Positions 1 through 11,700 of a stretch of 63,792 nucleotides of DNA are shown here, in pieces. Origin of the DNA: Felis catus (lineage: Eukaryota); contig NC_058377.1 of assembly GCF_018350175.1 (NCBI RefSeq), forward strand, positions 59,830,001-59,893,792. The letters run 5' to 3'. Both the position numbers and the translations under genes were made by a program. How positions within the stretch are numbered: the stretch's first letter is position 1; the number at the start of each line of letters is the position of its first letter. Below the pieces are notes generated by a model. That model did no database searches and was not told the DNA's origin. It saw only the letters and a list, made by a program, of their open reading frames with translations.

Positions 1-73
1 CGATAACCTCTCCTCTCCCTCCCTTCAGGTTTAGGCTGAGCCTCTTCTCTCCTTGACTCTCAACATTTCTTAC

Positions 74-136
74 CTCATCTAGCTCCCGTTCCCCGGCAGC
101 ACCTCCTCCAACCTCCACCTCTACCACTGCCGCCAT
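74..136 (-). CDS. RNF121: RNF121 (RING finger protein 121) first coding exon; rest of gene lies left of the window
   Basis: Minus strand ATG at 136 (AAGATGG context) reads MAAVVEVEVGGGAAGERELDE, then GAG|GTAAGA donor; matches the recalled N-terminus of mammalian RNF121; CpG-rich promoter adjacent. Confidence 0.93.
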
Positions 137-900
137 CTTCACAGCTCTCCCCCTCCCTCCGGTCCCCGCGCGAGCCAGCTGCTTCCGCCGCTCAAGTGCT
201 CCTAGCCAATCAGCGGCGCAGGCTCCGGCAGGGGGCGGGGCAACAAGTCAGGCCGAGTCTTGAGCGGTACTAAGAGACTATCTACCTGCTGCTCACTTAA
301 AGGTCAAGGAGGGACGGTTTCCATGCGCTTCTAAGCTTCCCTGGGGGAAGATTCTTGGAAAATGAGAAATTTGGCTTGGATTTTTTTCAGTGCAAATATT
401 TCACCAATTCTCCCCTTGGGAGCGCCAAAAAGAAGGGTCTCTACATCGTCAACTTTTGCGACGCTCCCTCACTCTAAGCTCCAACGAGAGAAGCCTGGAG
501 GCTAAGGACTACATTTCCCAGAATACATTGACTCTGACCCGGAAGTTTAGGTTCCGCGCTGTGGACAGATTTATAGTGAGTGGAAATTTGCATAAAATAT
601 AACTAAAAATATACCTTTAAAATAGATATAAACATACATAGATGCACACGAATGCATTTTACTGGCTATATCACATGTCTTCTTGCCTCGGTGGGAATCA
701 TTTTTCAAAAACAGCGGCTTCTTGAAGCCCCAGGACAAATTCCCGGAATTCCGGAGGCGGAGAGTAGTGCTACGAATCAGAAGTCGGAGGTCAGAGGGCC
801 AAATTGGCGGGAGAAAGGATTTTGTGGTCCGCGATCTGAGGCTGCGATGGCTCTTCCAGGTCCGTTGTTCCGGGTGAGGGGCTTTGAGGGTTGTTGATGG
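137..900. promoter_or_regulatory. CpG-rich bidirectional promoter shared by RNF121 (-) and XNDC1 (+)
   Basis: CCAAT ~206-210, GC box GGGGGCGGGG 231-240, ZNF143-type ACTACATTTCCCAGAATACATTG 508-530, ETS CCGGAAGT 539-546, octamer ATTTGCAT 586-593; divergent genes on either side; putative XNDC1 non-coding exon 1 ends at CGG|GTGAGG (873). Confidence 0.75.
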
Positions 901-1648
901 GGGGGGGGGGGGGCAGTTGCAGAGAATGGGTAGCGGTCAAGGAATGTACAGAACAGCGCGTTCCAAGAGGGGGAAGTGCCTGCACGGTTTAGTCTCCCGA
1001 AGCTGAGAGCTGAAGAGTCTCGCACCTAGTAGGTGCTTTGAGGGGCCAAGCTGAATTAATATTTACTAAGTACCTACCATGTAAAAAGGGTTTTGCGTAC
1101 ATCAGGAAAACATTGATGATTCCTAATAGAGGAGTAACAACGAGAAACAAATTTAAGAAGATTGATTTGAGAGGGGAGAACAAATCAAGAGACTTGTATA
1201 TTTAGTTGAACATTTGTTGCGTCTTTACTACGTGGTGGGCTCTAGGGGTATAAAGGTGAATGATTTAAGGCACCACTCATGCCCTGGGGAGCATCCAACG
1301 TTCCCGTACTAACCTATTTTGTACTTGCTGCTCCGTTGCCCTGTGGTTGCATTCTAGTTGTTTCACGTGTTTGCTGGAATCTCACCACCTGGTCCAGATC
1401 CGTTCCCTGCCCACTGCCCCACAAGCCCATCAAGGGCATCAGAAACAGTCTGACTTCCTGCAAAGATTTCCAGAGAACCAGCCATGGCTAGTTTGTTTTT
1501 CTTTTGTTCTCTCCTTCAGGAGTAGCATGAGGATTCTTTCTCTTCTGGAAGCTGACAGGACCAAAAAAGGCAGTGCCAAAGTGGTGACAGAAGAGATCTT
1601 AGGAGAAAGTATTTTTGCCTTGTACTTGGGATAGCTGCTGGGCCCACA

Positions 1649-1693
1649 ATGGCTCCTGTAAAGATTAGCCACATCGTATCATTTTCCTCTCAG
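1649..1693 (+). CDS. XNDC1: XNDC1 coding exon 1 (MAPVKISHIVSFSSQ)
   Basis: ACAATGG start; CAG|GTATGT donor. Confidence 0.9.
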
Positions 1694-2711
1694 GTATGTT
1701 AATTAGCAGTTGTGATTTTTTTCTTGGCAACTGAAAGAAGTGACAAAAGTAGGAGACTTGGCTGCACTTTCAGGAAACTCCCAGTTTAATAGAAGAGACA
1801 TCGTCCCTTCTTTGGGAATCCAAAGTCAAAGGAGGACACACAGCTCTTGCCCTCAGGTTGTTCCCAGAGCAACGCAGGGTGCATAAAAGAAGTGTTCCTG
1901 GGAATTGAAGGTAGAGAGGAAACAACTTCAGGATTCCACCCTTAGTTTGAAGGGAACTGGCAAACCCATAGGCCCAAAGTCTGTACCAGGGTTCCTAGAA
2001 GGGCAGTTTAGTTACTCTGTCATTGAGAGCACACCGGGACATTCAAGGTCATTCCTGACCTGTGAGGACATCACCCCCACCATCAAAAGTGATCTCAACC
2101 TCCTCCCTAAAAATTCACTTTTGAGAAATTCCAATTATCCAGATTAGATCTAGATGCTGAGGCCTAAGCCCAGGATTTATACCATGTGGTGATTCTTAAG
2201 AACTTCCCACCCTTTCCTTTGCTGTCATTTCTATCCATACCTTTTCTCCCCACTCTTCTTCACCTTCTGTTGCCCTAGTCTTTCTCAAAGGATGCCATTG
2301 GCATTTTGGGTGGGATAAATCTGCATTTATAGCAGTATCATTTACCTGATGAGGTAATTATCATCCATGGCCTTCAGACCCTAATGACAGTAATGCTCCC
2401 TGGTTATGATGACAGTCAAAAACATCCCCACTCATTTCAGAAAGACTCTTAGAGAGCCTTTTGGAACTAATATATCAACTCCTAAGTGAAAGAAAATAAA
2501 AATTGCCCATATCCTTCTTACCTACATAGTCAGCCTAAATGGTTTTCTTCAAAGATTGAGCCTTATAAAATGCTAGAGAATGTTACTTATCCTCTAACAC
2601 TGAGGTTTTCAAACTGTTCTATGGGCACCCACTTCTAATTGAAGTGAGGTGGTGCATGTATGTCTCTAGACCCCCCAACCTGTGTTTTAACCAGAGCTCT
2701 GTTTTTTTTTG

Positions 2712-2767
<56 letters not shown>

Positions 2768-5700
2768 CTTAGTGTAAGATTTCAGCTAAAAGGAAGGATT
2801 TTATTGCTAAAACAAAAAACAAGATTGAAAACCATGAGTATAGACTCCCTCCCCTTTACTTATGGATGAAAGAATTTAGATCCAGAGAGAGAAAGTAGTT
2901 TGCTCAGGGCCTTGCCACCAAAAAATATCTAACTGTGGGTTAGAACCAAGAATTTCTCTCTCGGTGGGTGCCTGAGTGGCTTAGTCGGTTGTGCATCTGA
3001 CTCTGGCTCATGTCATGATCTCACAGTTGATGAGTTCGAGTCCTACACTGGGCTTGCTGCTGTCAACACAGAGCCCACTCCAGATCCTCTGTCTCCTCCT
3101 CTGCCCCTCCCCTGTTTGTGCTCTTTCTCTCTCTCTCTCTCTCAAAAATAGTTTTTAAAAATTTTTCTCTCTCGGTATTGCTATTGTTGCCTTGGAACAA
3201 ATCACTTTATTCCTACCCATTAGTTGTAAACTCAGAATAAAAAATCCTTGCCTTTCTTTTCTCATAGGGCTACTTTGAAGATAAAAAAATGTCTGTGAAA
3301 GTACCTTGTAAATGAAGTGAAATAGCATAGTGTGGCAGTTAAAAGCCTGGATTCAGAAAGCTAGATGTTCTGATTTTGGTTGGTTATTTGGCTTTGTGGC
3401 CTTGGGTAAGTTTCTGAACCTAAGCTTCAATGTATTGATCTGTTAAGTAAGAAGCAATAATAGCAACTAAACTAAATAGTAAAGTGTTAGGAGGATTAAA
3501 TGAGGTGGTTTGGTAAATGAAGGAGAGGTAAATGGTCTGTAAATCCCTGGCACATGATAGCTGTACTTTTATGGACTCCCATCTAGTGGTTCTTCTATCA
3601 TGGTAAAATGCCTGGAAAGGTTTGGGAATGTAGGAATCCCTCATTCATGGGCATCCTTTTTACCTTTCAGTTCAGTGAGGTTCCTGATTACTCCTTCTCT
3701 CTCTGACTTAGGATCCCAAGTATCCTGTGGAGAACTTGCTGAATCCAGACTGTCAGAAGGGACCTTGGCTCAGCTGCCCTCAGGACAAGAGTGGGCAGCT
3801 GAAAGTGGAACTCCAGCTGGAGAGGGCAGTGCCCATTGGCTACATTGATGTAGGTGAGTGAGTTCTCTGAGGTCTAGGAATCTGTGCGGGAGATGCAGGA
3901 GTCACATTCCCCTCCAAGTGCTCCATAATGTCTCAACTTGGTCTAGCTGAGCACTTTTCATGGAATAAGCCCTTCCTGGTCTGAAGGTGAGATGTGGCCC
4001 AGGTGCCCTTCTCAGGTGTATGGTGTTGGCAAACTCTGAGGTTTCTGTTCACATAGAATGCAATGGGAGGGGCACCTGGCTGGTTTTAGTGGGTAGAGCA
4101 TGTGACTCTTGATCTTCGGGTTGTAGGTTCGAGCCCCACATTGGGTGGAGAGATTACTTAAAAATAAAATTTGAAAAAAAAAAGTAGTGGGAATGGTATT
4201 CCCTGAATTATTTAACGTACGTGCCCTGGTTTGATCTGAATAGTCTGGGTGAAGCCTTAGGATGCTGACATAATTACAAATGCCAACAAATAGAACCTGT
4301 AAGCACCTATAAATATCATTGTCAAGAGGATGCTGGGGGATGGGCTCTGCAGACTAATCTGGGAAGTCTCCATAGGAATTTGCAGGTTGAGAAGGTTGGC
4401 CTTAGCATTCTCTGGAGTAGAGAACTAACAAAGACCATTGGCCTCAGCTCTGTAGGGCTCCCTAGCAGGGGTCTAATAGAGACAGAGATTAGCACTGCCT
4501 GCCAGAGCCAGAGGACAGGGAAGCAGCAAGTCTATTGAGTCAGGGAAGGTTTCTAGCTGGGAGGACCACTGTGAACCTTCATACTGTCATTTTGTGGACT
4601 GAGGTCTTATCCACTTCAGTTGCCAGTTCACTGTGTTCCTTGACCTTTCTGGGCTTCCAACCAGCTCTAGAATGGAAGAATGTCCTTTTCCCACCCGATA
4701 CCTTGTGTGCAATCAGGAGAGCATCTGTCTTCCCATCACCCTTAAATCCTTCTCTCAACCTTTTGTCCTCAGGTAACTGTGGCTGTGCTTTCCTGCAAAT
4801 TGATGTGGGCCGTTCTTCCTGGTCCCTGGACAGACCTTTTGTCACCTTGCTCCCTGCAACCATGCTTATGTCCCTGGCTGATTCAAAGCAGGGGAAAAAC
4901 CGCTCAGGGGTCCGCATGTTTAAAGATGGTAAGGAAGGCAAAAACAGAAATGGGAAATGGACAGCAAGAGAGACTATAAGAAAGAGATGCAGTCATGCTA
5001 AGCTAGACAACCCACTAGAGAGGGCCATGGAGCTGTTAGGTGGAATGGTGGGAGGGGCCTGTGAAGGGGCTTGGTCGTATCTGTGGGGGTATGGGGTAGG
5101 TGGTGAGTGAACAACTACTGGTATGTTTGTGTGAGTTCTCTGTGATGACAGTATATGGGAACCGAGAACATTTATGCACTATGATTTATATTTACACATG
5201 ATTCGGTGGAGCCTGATGTAGAGCCCGTATTTGTGAGTAGTGTTTTTATTTGTATAAATGTACATTGGTGTGAGTACGGTAGTCGCCCTTTATCCACAGT
5301 TTCACTTTCCATGGTTTCAGTTACCTACAGTCCACCACAGCCCAAAAGCAGATGATATTCCTTCTAACATATTATTAGAAGGTCAATAGTAGTAGCCTCC
5401 CTGTGTCACAATGCCTATGTCATTCACCTCACTTCATCTCATCATGTAGGCATTTTATCATCTCACGTCACCCCAAGAAGAAAGGTGAGCAGAGTACAGT
5501 AAGATATTTTGAGAGAGAGCGAGAGAGAGACCACATTCACGTAACTTTTATTATAGCCTGTTGTTATAATTGCTCTGTTTTATTATTGTTATTAATCTCT
5601 TCCTGTGCCTAACTCATAAATTAAGCTTTATCACAGGTGTGCACATATAGGAAAAAACATAGTATATACGAGGTTCGGTGCTATCTGTGGTTTCGGGCAT

Positions 5701-8700
5701 CCACTGGGGGCTTTGAACATATCCCCCACAGATGAGGAGGGACAACTGTATAAGTGTTAGTGTAGAATAAATGTTTATATAAGTGATGGAAGGCTACAGG
5801 ATGGATATGGTTAGATAGTATATAGTGCTTCCTGAGTTCCAATCCATGCAAATTTCTGTGTTCACTAGGCACTGCAGAACAGATATAAGATCTGATTCCT
5901 GGACTTTGGGGACTTACAGTCTAATAAGGATTTGTCTGTGTTGGAGCTGAGGTGTTTGTAATGTTGTGAAGGAACCATGATATGGGAGGGGCATACGAGG
6001 TACAGGGGATGAGGTGCTACCACAGAGTGCTGGGAAGTAAAGGTGAGAAGGGTTTGCAGTATTGCCATGTCACACAGTGACTATGGAGGCCATGGAGTGT
6101 TGTGAGGGAGGTGGAGGTCTCATGGTCCAGGAAGAGCAGATGTAGCTCATCTGATCCACTGGGCGAGTGGTCACCTCAGACCCCAACACTACAGGTACCT
6201 CCTGTTTAAAATGAGACATTGGGGGCACTTGGGTGGCTCAGTTATGTGTCTGACTCAATCTCAGCTCAGGTCATGATCTTACAGTTTGTGAGTTCAGGTT
6301 CTGCATTGGATTCTGCACTGACAGTGTGGAGCCTGCTTGGGATTCTGTCTCTGTCCCTCTCTCTCAGTCCCTCCCTCACTTGTGCGCTCTCTCTCTCTCT
6401 CTCTCTGTCTCTCTGTCAAAATAAATAAATAAACTGGGGCGCCTGGGTGGCTCAGTCAGTTAAGCGTCCAACTTTGACTCAGGTCATGATCTAATAGCTT
6501 GTGGGTTCGAGCCTCACATCAGGCTCTGTGCTGACAGCTCAGAGCCTAGAGCCTGCTTCAGATTCTGTGTCTTTCTCTCTGCCCCTCCCCGGGTCATGCT
6601 CTGTCTCTCTCTCTCCTTCAAAAATAAATAAACATTAAAAAATAAAATAAAGTTTAAAAAAAAAACTATCATAAGTAAATTGACACATTGGCAAGGTCCC
6701 TAGAGAGGTATAGAATGAGGATGTGCTGGGAACAGTGTGGAACCATGACAGAGGAGCGATGGTGGGAAGGCAAGGCACCAGGTCTGAGTGCACCTTAACT
6801 GGCCTGCTTAGCACTGCCAAACCCTGAGCACCAAAGCCTAAGGGGACAGTTACTGATGGCCTCCATTCCTTTTGTTGGACTTTAATCTGTATAGTCCCTG
6901 TCTTTCGTCTCCTCAGTATTGACCTTCTCTTTCTTTGTCCCTCCCATTCACACATTTCCTCTGCCTCTCATTTTCTTTCTTTTTGCCTTCAGAAGATTTC
7001 CTGGCTGCGGCCTCAGGTGAGCCCTGGGATCGACTTCGCCTGACCTGCTCCCAACCCTTCACACGTCAGCAGTCTTTTGGTCTGGCCTTCCTCCGGGTGT
7101 GTTCCTCCCTGGACTCCTCAGATGACCCTGTGGGGGATCTCTCTGCTCCCGGGAGCACTACGCTAAGCCAGGTATGTACAATGGTGGAACAAGGACTTCA
7201 TATTTTCCCACTTTTCTCAGTTTCAGGTTAGAAGACTGGGGCTTGATTGAGGGATAAACACAGAAACCCACCTTCCCCCCCACCACACACACACATTCAA
7301 GTAAAAACAGAAATGGGCTTGCTACCTTTCCTTACAGCTAAGAGTGAATGCCTCTCCATCCCTTTTGCCCTTGGGAGATTCAAGGCAGTGAACCTTCAGT
7401 GCAGTGTACACAAAGCTGTAGGGCCATTGGTTCTTTAGCAAGAATGAAATTTCTTTTTGGATTCAGACTTAATCCACTTTACGTTTAGGTTCCCGTGGGC
7501 TACAGCTTTCATCAGACTTTTCCTTCTAGCACCTGAAAGTCCCAGGGCTCACTTACTATCTCTCTGTCATTGTTGTTGCCTGACCCACCTGCCAGGAAAG
7601 CCAGTTATAATGTTAGATATGTGTTCTGCAATTTCATTTGTTTTCCTACTTTCTCTCCCTGTACAACACACACATGCTGCTAAGAGAAGATGGATAGGTA
7701 TCTGGTCAGTTTGCCTCCCCTCTTCTCAGCCAGTTTTCTAGTTATTTTTTATTCCTCAGCCTATTCTGAATCCTCCTGCTTTCCTGTCACTGTGTCTTCA
7801 TTTATCTTTCCAGTACCCTCTACCATAATTCACTCACAAATACAAAGATGGAATCACACAAAGCAAGAGTTGTACAATTCTAGAGGTCAAAAATACTTAG
7901 AGATTATCAAGCCCCAGCCACCTCATTTTATGTGTCAGCTAGGGACACTTGCATATTCAGATTCACATGGTGAACCAGAGCAGAAGACGGACTAGAAATC
8001 AGGTCATCTGTCATTATACCACAGTGCTTCCTATGCACGTAATACACCTCTAGAAGCTCCAAACATCCGGGGCACCTAGTGGCTCAGTCGTTTAGGTGTC
8101 TAACTCCTGGTTTCAGCTCAGGTCGTGATCTCATGGTTTGTGGGATTGAGCCCCACGTTGGGCTCTGTGCTGTTGGCTCAGAGCCTGCTTGGGATTCTCT
8201 GTCTCCCTCTCTCTCTCTCTCTCTTTCTCTCAAAATAAATAAATAACTGTAAAAAAAATGAAGTTCCAAACATCTGACATAACCAAAAGAAGTTCAGTTC
8301 CAGGAGTGAACATTACAAGTGTCGCTCTTGTTGAGGTTACTGAGAAAAACAGACCGAGCATCAGAAGACAAAATGGAGGAGGAAGAGGAGATGCTTCTGT
8401 AGTACAGCCTCGGGAGAGACCCAGAGAACGGAGACCAAGTAAAGCCTGGTCTGAGATTTACTCCTCCTTCATGGGAAGGGCTAAAAAATGCAGCAGGACC
8501 AGTGGAAGCCGCTCCATGTGCTCTGCCAGGTTCCAGTATTGTGGTGCCAGGGGGCTGACACGAATGGAGCTACAGCCCTGTGGGCCTGGCCTCAATAAAA
8601 TGGAAGCTTTGTGAGATTAGGGACCTGTTTGTCTTGTTCCATACTGAGTCCTGGCAGCTGGAACAGTGCCTAGAACAAAGTAGGCTTTTAGAATAACTTA

Positions 8701-11700
8701 CCTTTCAGGGGCAAGTTGTAGATAGGATCACCACCATAAAGTTTACCATCCAAACTGAGACATTTGGAGAGGAAAAAGAGTGCTATTAATTACATGGAGA
8801 CAACAGTATTGTCCCAGGCAAACCAGGACATACGGTCTCCCTAATTATAGGCTAAATAAGGGCTTCTTTTGGCCATCTAAATTACTCTGCACCTTTAAGA
8901 CCAAGGAGGGAGTCAGCAACTCCAGAACCATAATGTTAGAAGGACCTTGAACATCAACAGCAGAGTGAAACATACTGCACATACCTCAGTGAAACCACAG
9001 GGAAAGAAATTCTAAAATGTGTCTACAAGAGAGGGTTGATGCATGGAAACAGATTGATGGCACTCAATTTTATAATTTAAAATGTCTAAAATTTAAGGTG
9101 TATTGTTCTAATGGTATATTATAGTGAAAGCAAAACATACGGGCTTTTAACCCCGTGACATAGGGTCTTTTATGGCACTGGTTTTCCAGTTAGGAAACCG
9201 AAGCACAAAGAACTTTAGTGAGATGTTCCAGGTCACACTGCTAAATAAGTCTTAGAGTGGATTTGAATCCAGGCCACTGACTCCATGTAACCTGTGCTTG
9301 GAAGCTCAGTTCCTAATGATTAATCTCACTTAGAATTAAATAAACCATAAATTCTTCACACCCATCTAGTTACCCTTTCTAGTGGTATTTGCTCTAAAGT
9401 ATATGAGACAAGGTAAAGAAAAAATAGAAGCCCAGGAAAATTAAAATATTTCTAAATTAATGCTGCATCCAAGATGAGATTGTAATGGCAATTAAAAAAT
9501 ATTAAACGGTAGGGGCACCTGGGTGGCTCAGTCGGTTGAGCATCCGACTTCGGCTCAGGTCATAATCTTGCAGCTCTTGAGTCCAAGCCCCACATCGGGC
9601 TCTGTGCTGACAGCTCAGAACCTGCATTCTGCTTCAGATTCTGTCTTCCTCTCTCTTTTCCTCTCCCCTACTCATGCTCTGTCTCTGTCTCTGTCTCTGT
9701 CTCTCTCTCAAAATAAATAAACATTAAATAAAAAATTTTTTAAAAATATTAAACGGTAAATGTGATTACATACATACATACGTAAACAAGCTGTGAATGT
9801 GAGTAAAAATACTACTTCTCATGTTTGCAGAATGAGGCCAAAATCATGCTTTACAAGAAAGATGTTTACCTTTAAAAGAATCTCTCAGGGGCGCCTGGGT
9901 GGCTCAGTCGGTTGGGCGTCCGACTTCGGCTCAGGTCATGATCTCGTGGTCTGTGAGTTCGAGCCCTGCATCGGGCTCTGGGCTGACAGCTCAGAGCCTG
10001 GAGCCTGTTTCGGATTCTGTGTCTCCCTCTCTCTCTGACCCTCCCCTGCTCATGCTGTGTCTCTCTCTGTCTCAAAAATAAATAAATGTTAAAAAAAAAA
10101 TTTTTTTTTTTAAAATAAAAGAATCTCTGATAGGGGCGCCTGGGTTGCTCAGTTGGTTAAACGATTGACTTCTGCTCAGGTCATGATCTCATGGTTTGTG
10201 AGTTCAAGCCCCACGTCAGGCTCTGTGATGACAGCTCAGATCCTGGAGCGTGCTTCAGATTCTGTGTCTCCCCCTCTCTCTGCCCATCCCCTGTTCATGC
10301 TGTCTCTATCAAAAATAAATACATATTTTAAAAATAAAAGAATCTCCAATAGAAGAATCAACTGTAAATTAAAGACAAAGTTTTTTCATTTTTTTAAATT
10401 CAAGGGAAAAAGGAAATTTGGAAAAATAAAAAAGGAAATAGGTGCAGGTGAATTGACAGATAAATTGAATAGACAAAATAGAAACTGTAGCACATACCAC
10501 ATAAATAAAATCTAGGTAGAAATGATCTCTTGCATGATTATCGCACGTAGAAATTTTTGGAGTTAGAAGTAGAGAGGTTTATAAAATGCCTGTGATAGTT
10601 ACATGGAGAGGCTAATGGTAGAAAAGAGACTTGAGGTATCCATACATACATACACACATACACATCTCTTTCTATAAATGGCTAGAAATGGTGGCTTAAA
10701 TTGGTAGGTTTTTAGTTGTAGGTGAACAAAATTTTCACAAAATCATACTGGAAATTAAATAATATTATTAATATTTAGAAGATAAAAATGATAAAAATGT
10801 CCCCAAAGAGTTCAGAATAGAACTATTCTTAAGTACGGAGAAATATATGGGTATGCTTTGTTTCTTTCATGTAGGTGTATAAAGAGATAAGTGATTGGAG
10901 TTTTGTACCTACATGAGTGAATTTTATATATGTACAGATTTAAACTACAGCGTATATGCTTTCAAAAGTTCACACATGATTATTAGTCCCATGACCCCGT
11001 TTTTCCCAACAGCATATATTTGATTCTGGGGACTTTCAGGATCATAACAAAACCCTTAGCATTGAGGAACTAACTATACAACATTACTGAATCTCGTATC
11101 TTAGAGCTGGAAGAGAGTGTGCACACAAGCAAAGGTACTGTGTAAAGTTATAGAAAACATGCTTAGTCATTAAGCTGAAGTCCTCAGGTTTGGGAATAGC
11201 CCTGGTACAGGTGGCAGCGTCCCCTGGTGGTGAATGTCTGTAGTTCATATTGCTCCATTTTCTTCTCAGGGTTCTGATGCTCAGGAGTCTGGTCCAAGCC
11301 CCTGGCTGGCTAATCCTTCCATTCGGAGGACATTCTTCCCAGATCCCCAAACGTATGTAGCTACCAGAACGGAGGTCCTTGTCCACTTCTCAGTTCTTTC
11401 TCCCAAAAAGAGAAAGGCTACCAAGTCACTCACAGGCACACAAGCCCTGCCTGGTTTCCCCCCACTTAATCACAACCTCGGGACCTAACCCTATCTGTAT
11501 ATCAAACTGGCTTTCTTGGTTAGAGGTCACTGACTTAGGTAAGAGGAATGGAGTCTCTTTTCTGAGTGAAACCGAGTGCTCTCTGTTTCCCTGCAGGAGC
11601 ACCAAGGAAATTTCAGAGCTTAGGAATATCCTAAAGCAGCTGCAGCCAGGGGCTTTGGGACGTTCAGCCTGCATGGTACTTTCAGCTGCCCGCAGGGTGC

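Noticed and set aside
4068-4182. tRNA-like A/B-box sequences
   Set aside because: tRNA-derived SINE heads with A-tails, not tRNA genes.
9523-10515. ORFs beginning MAQSV... here and at 13635-14503, 37746-38158, 46554, 48602, 49192
   Set aside because: Translations of Can-SINE bodies, not genes.
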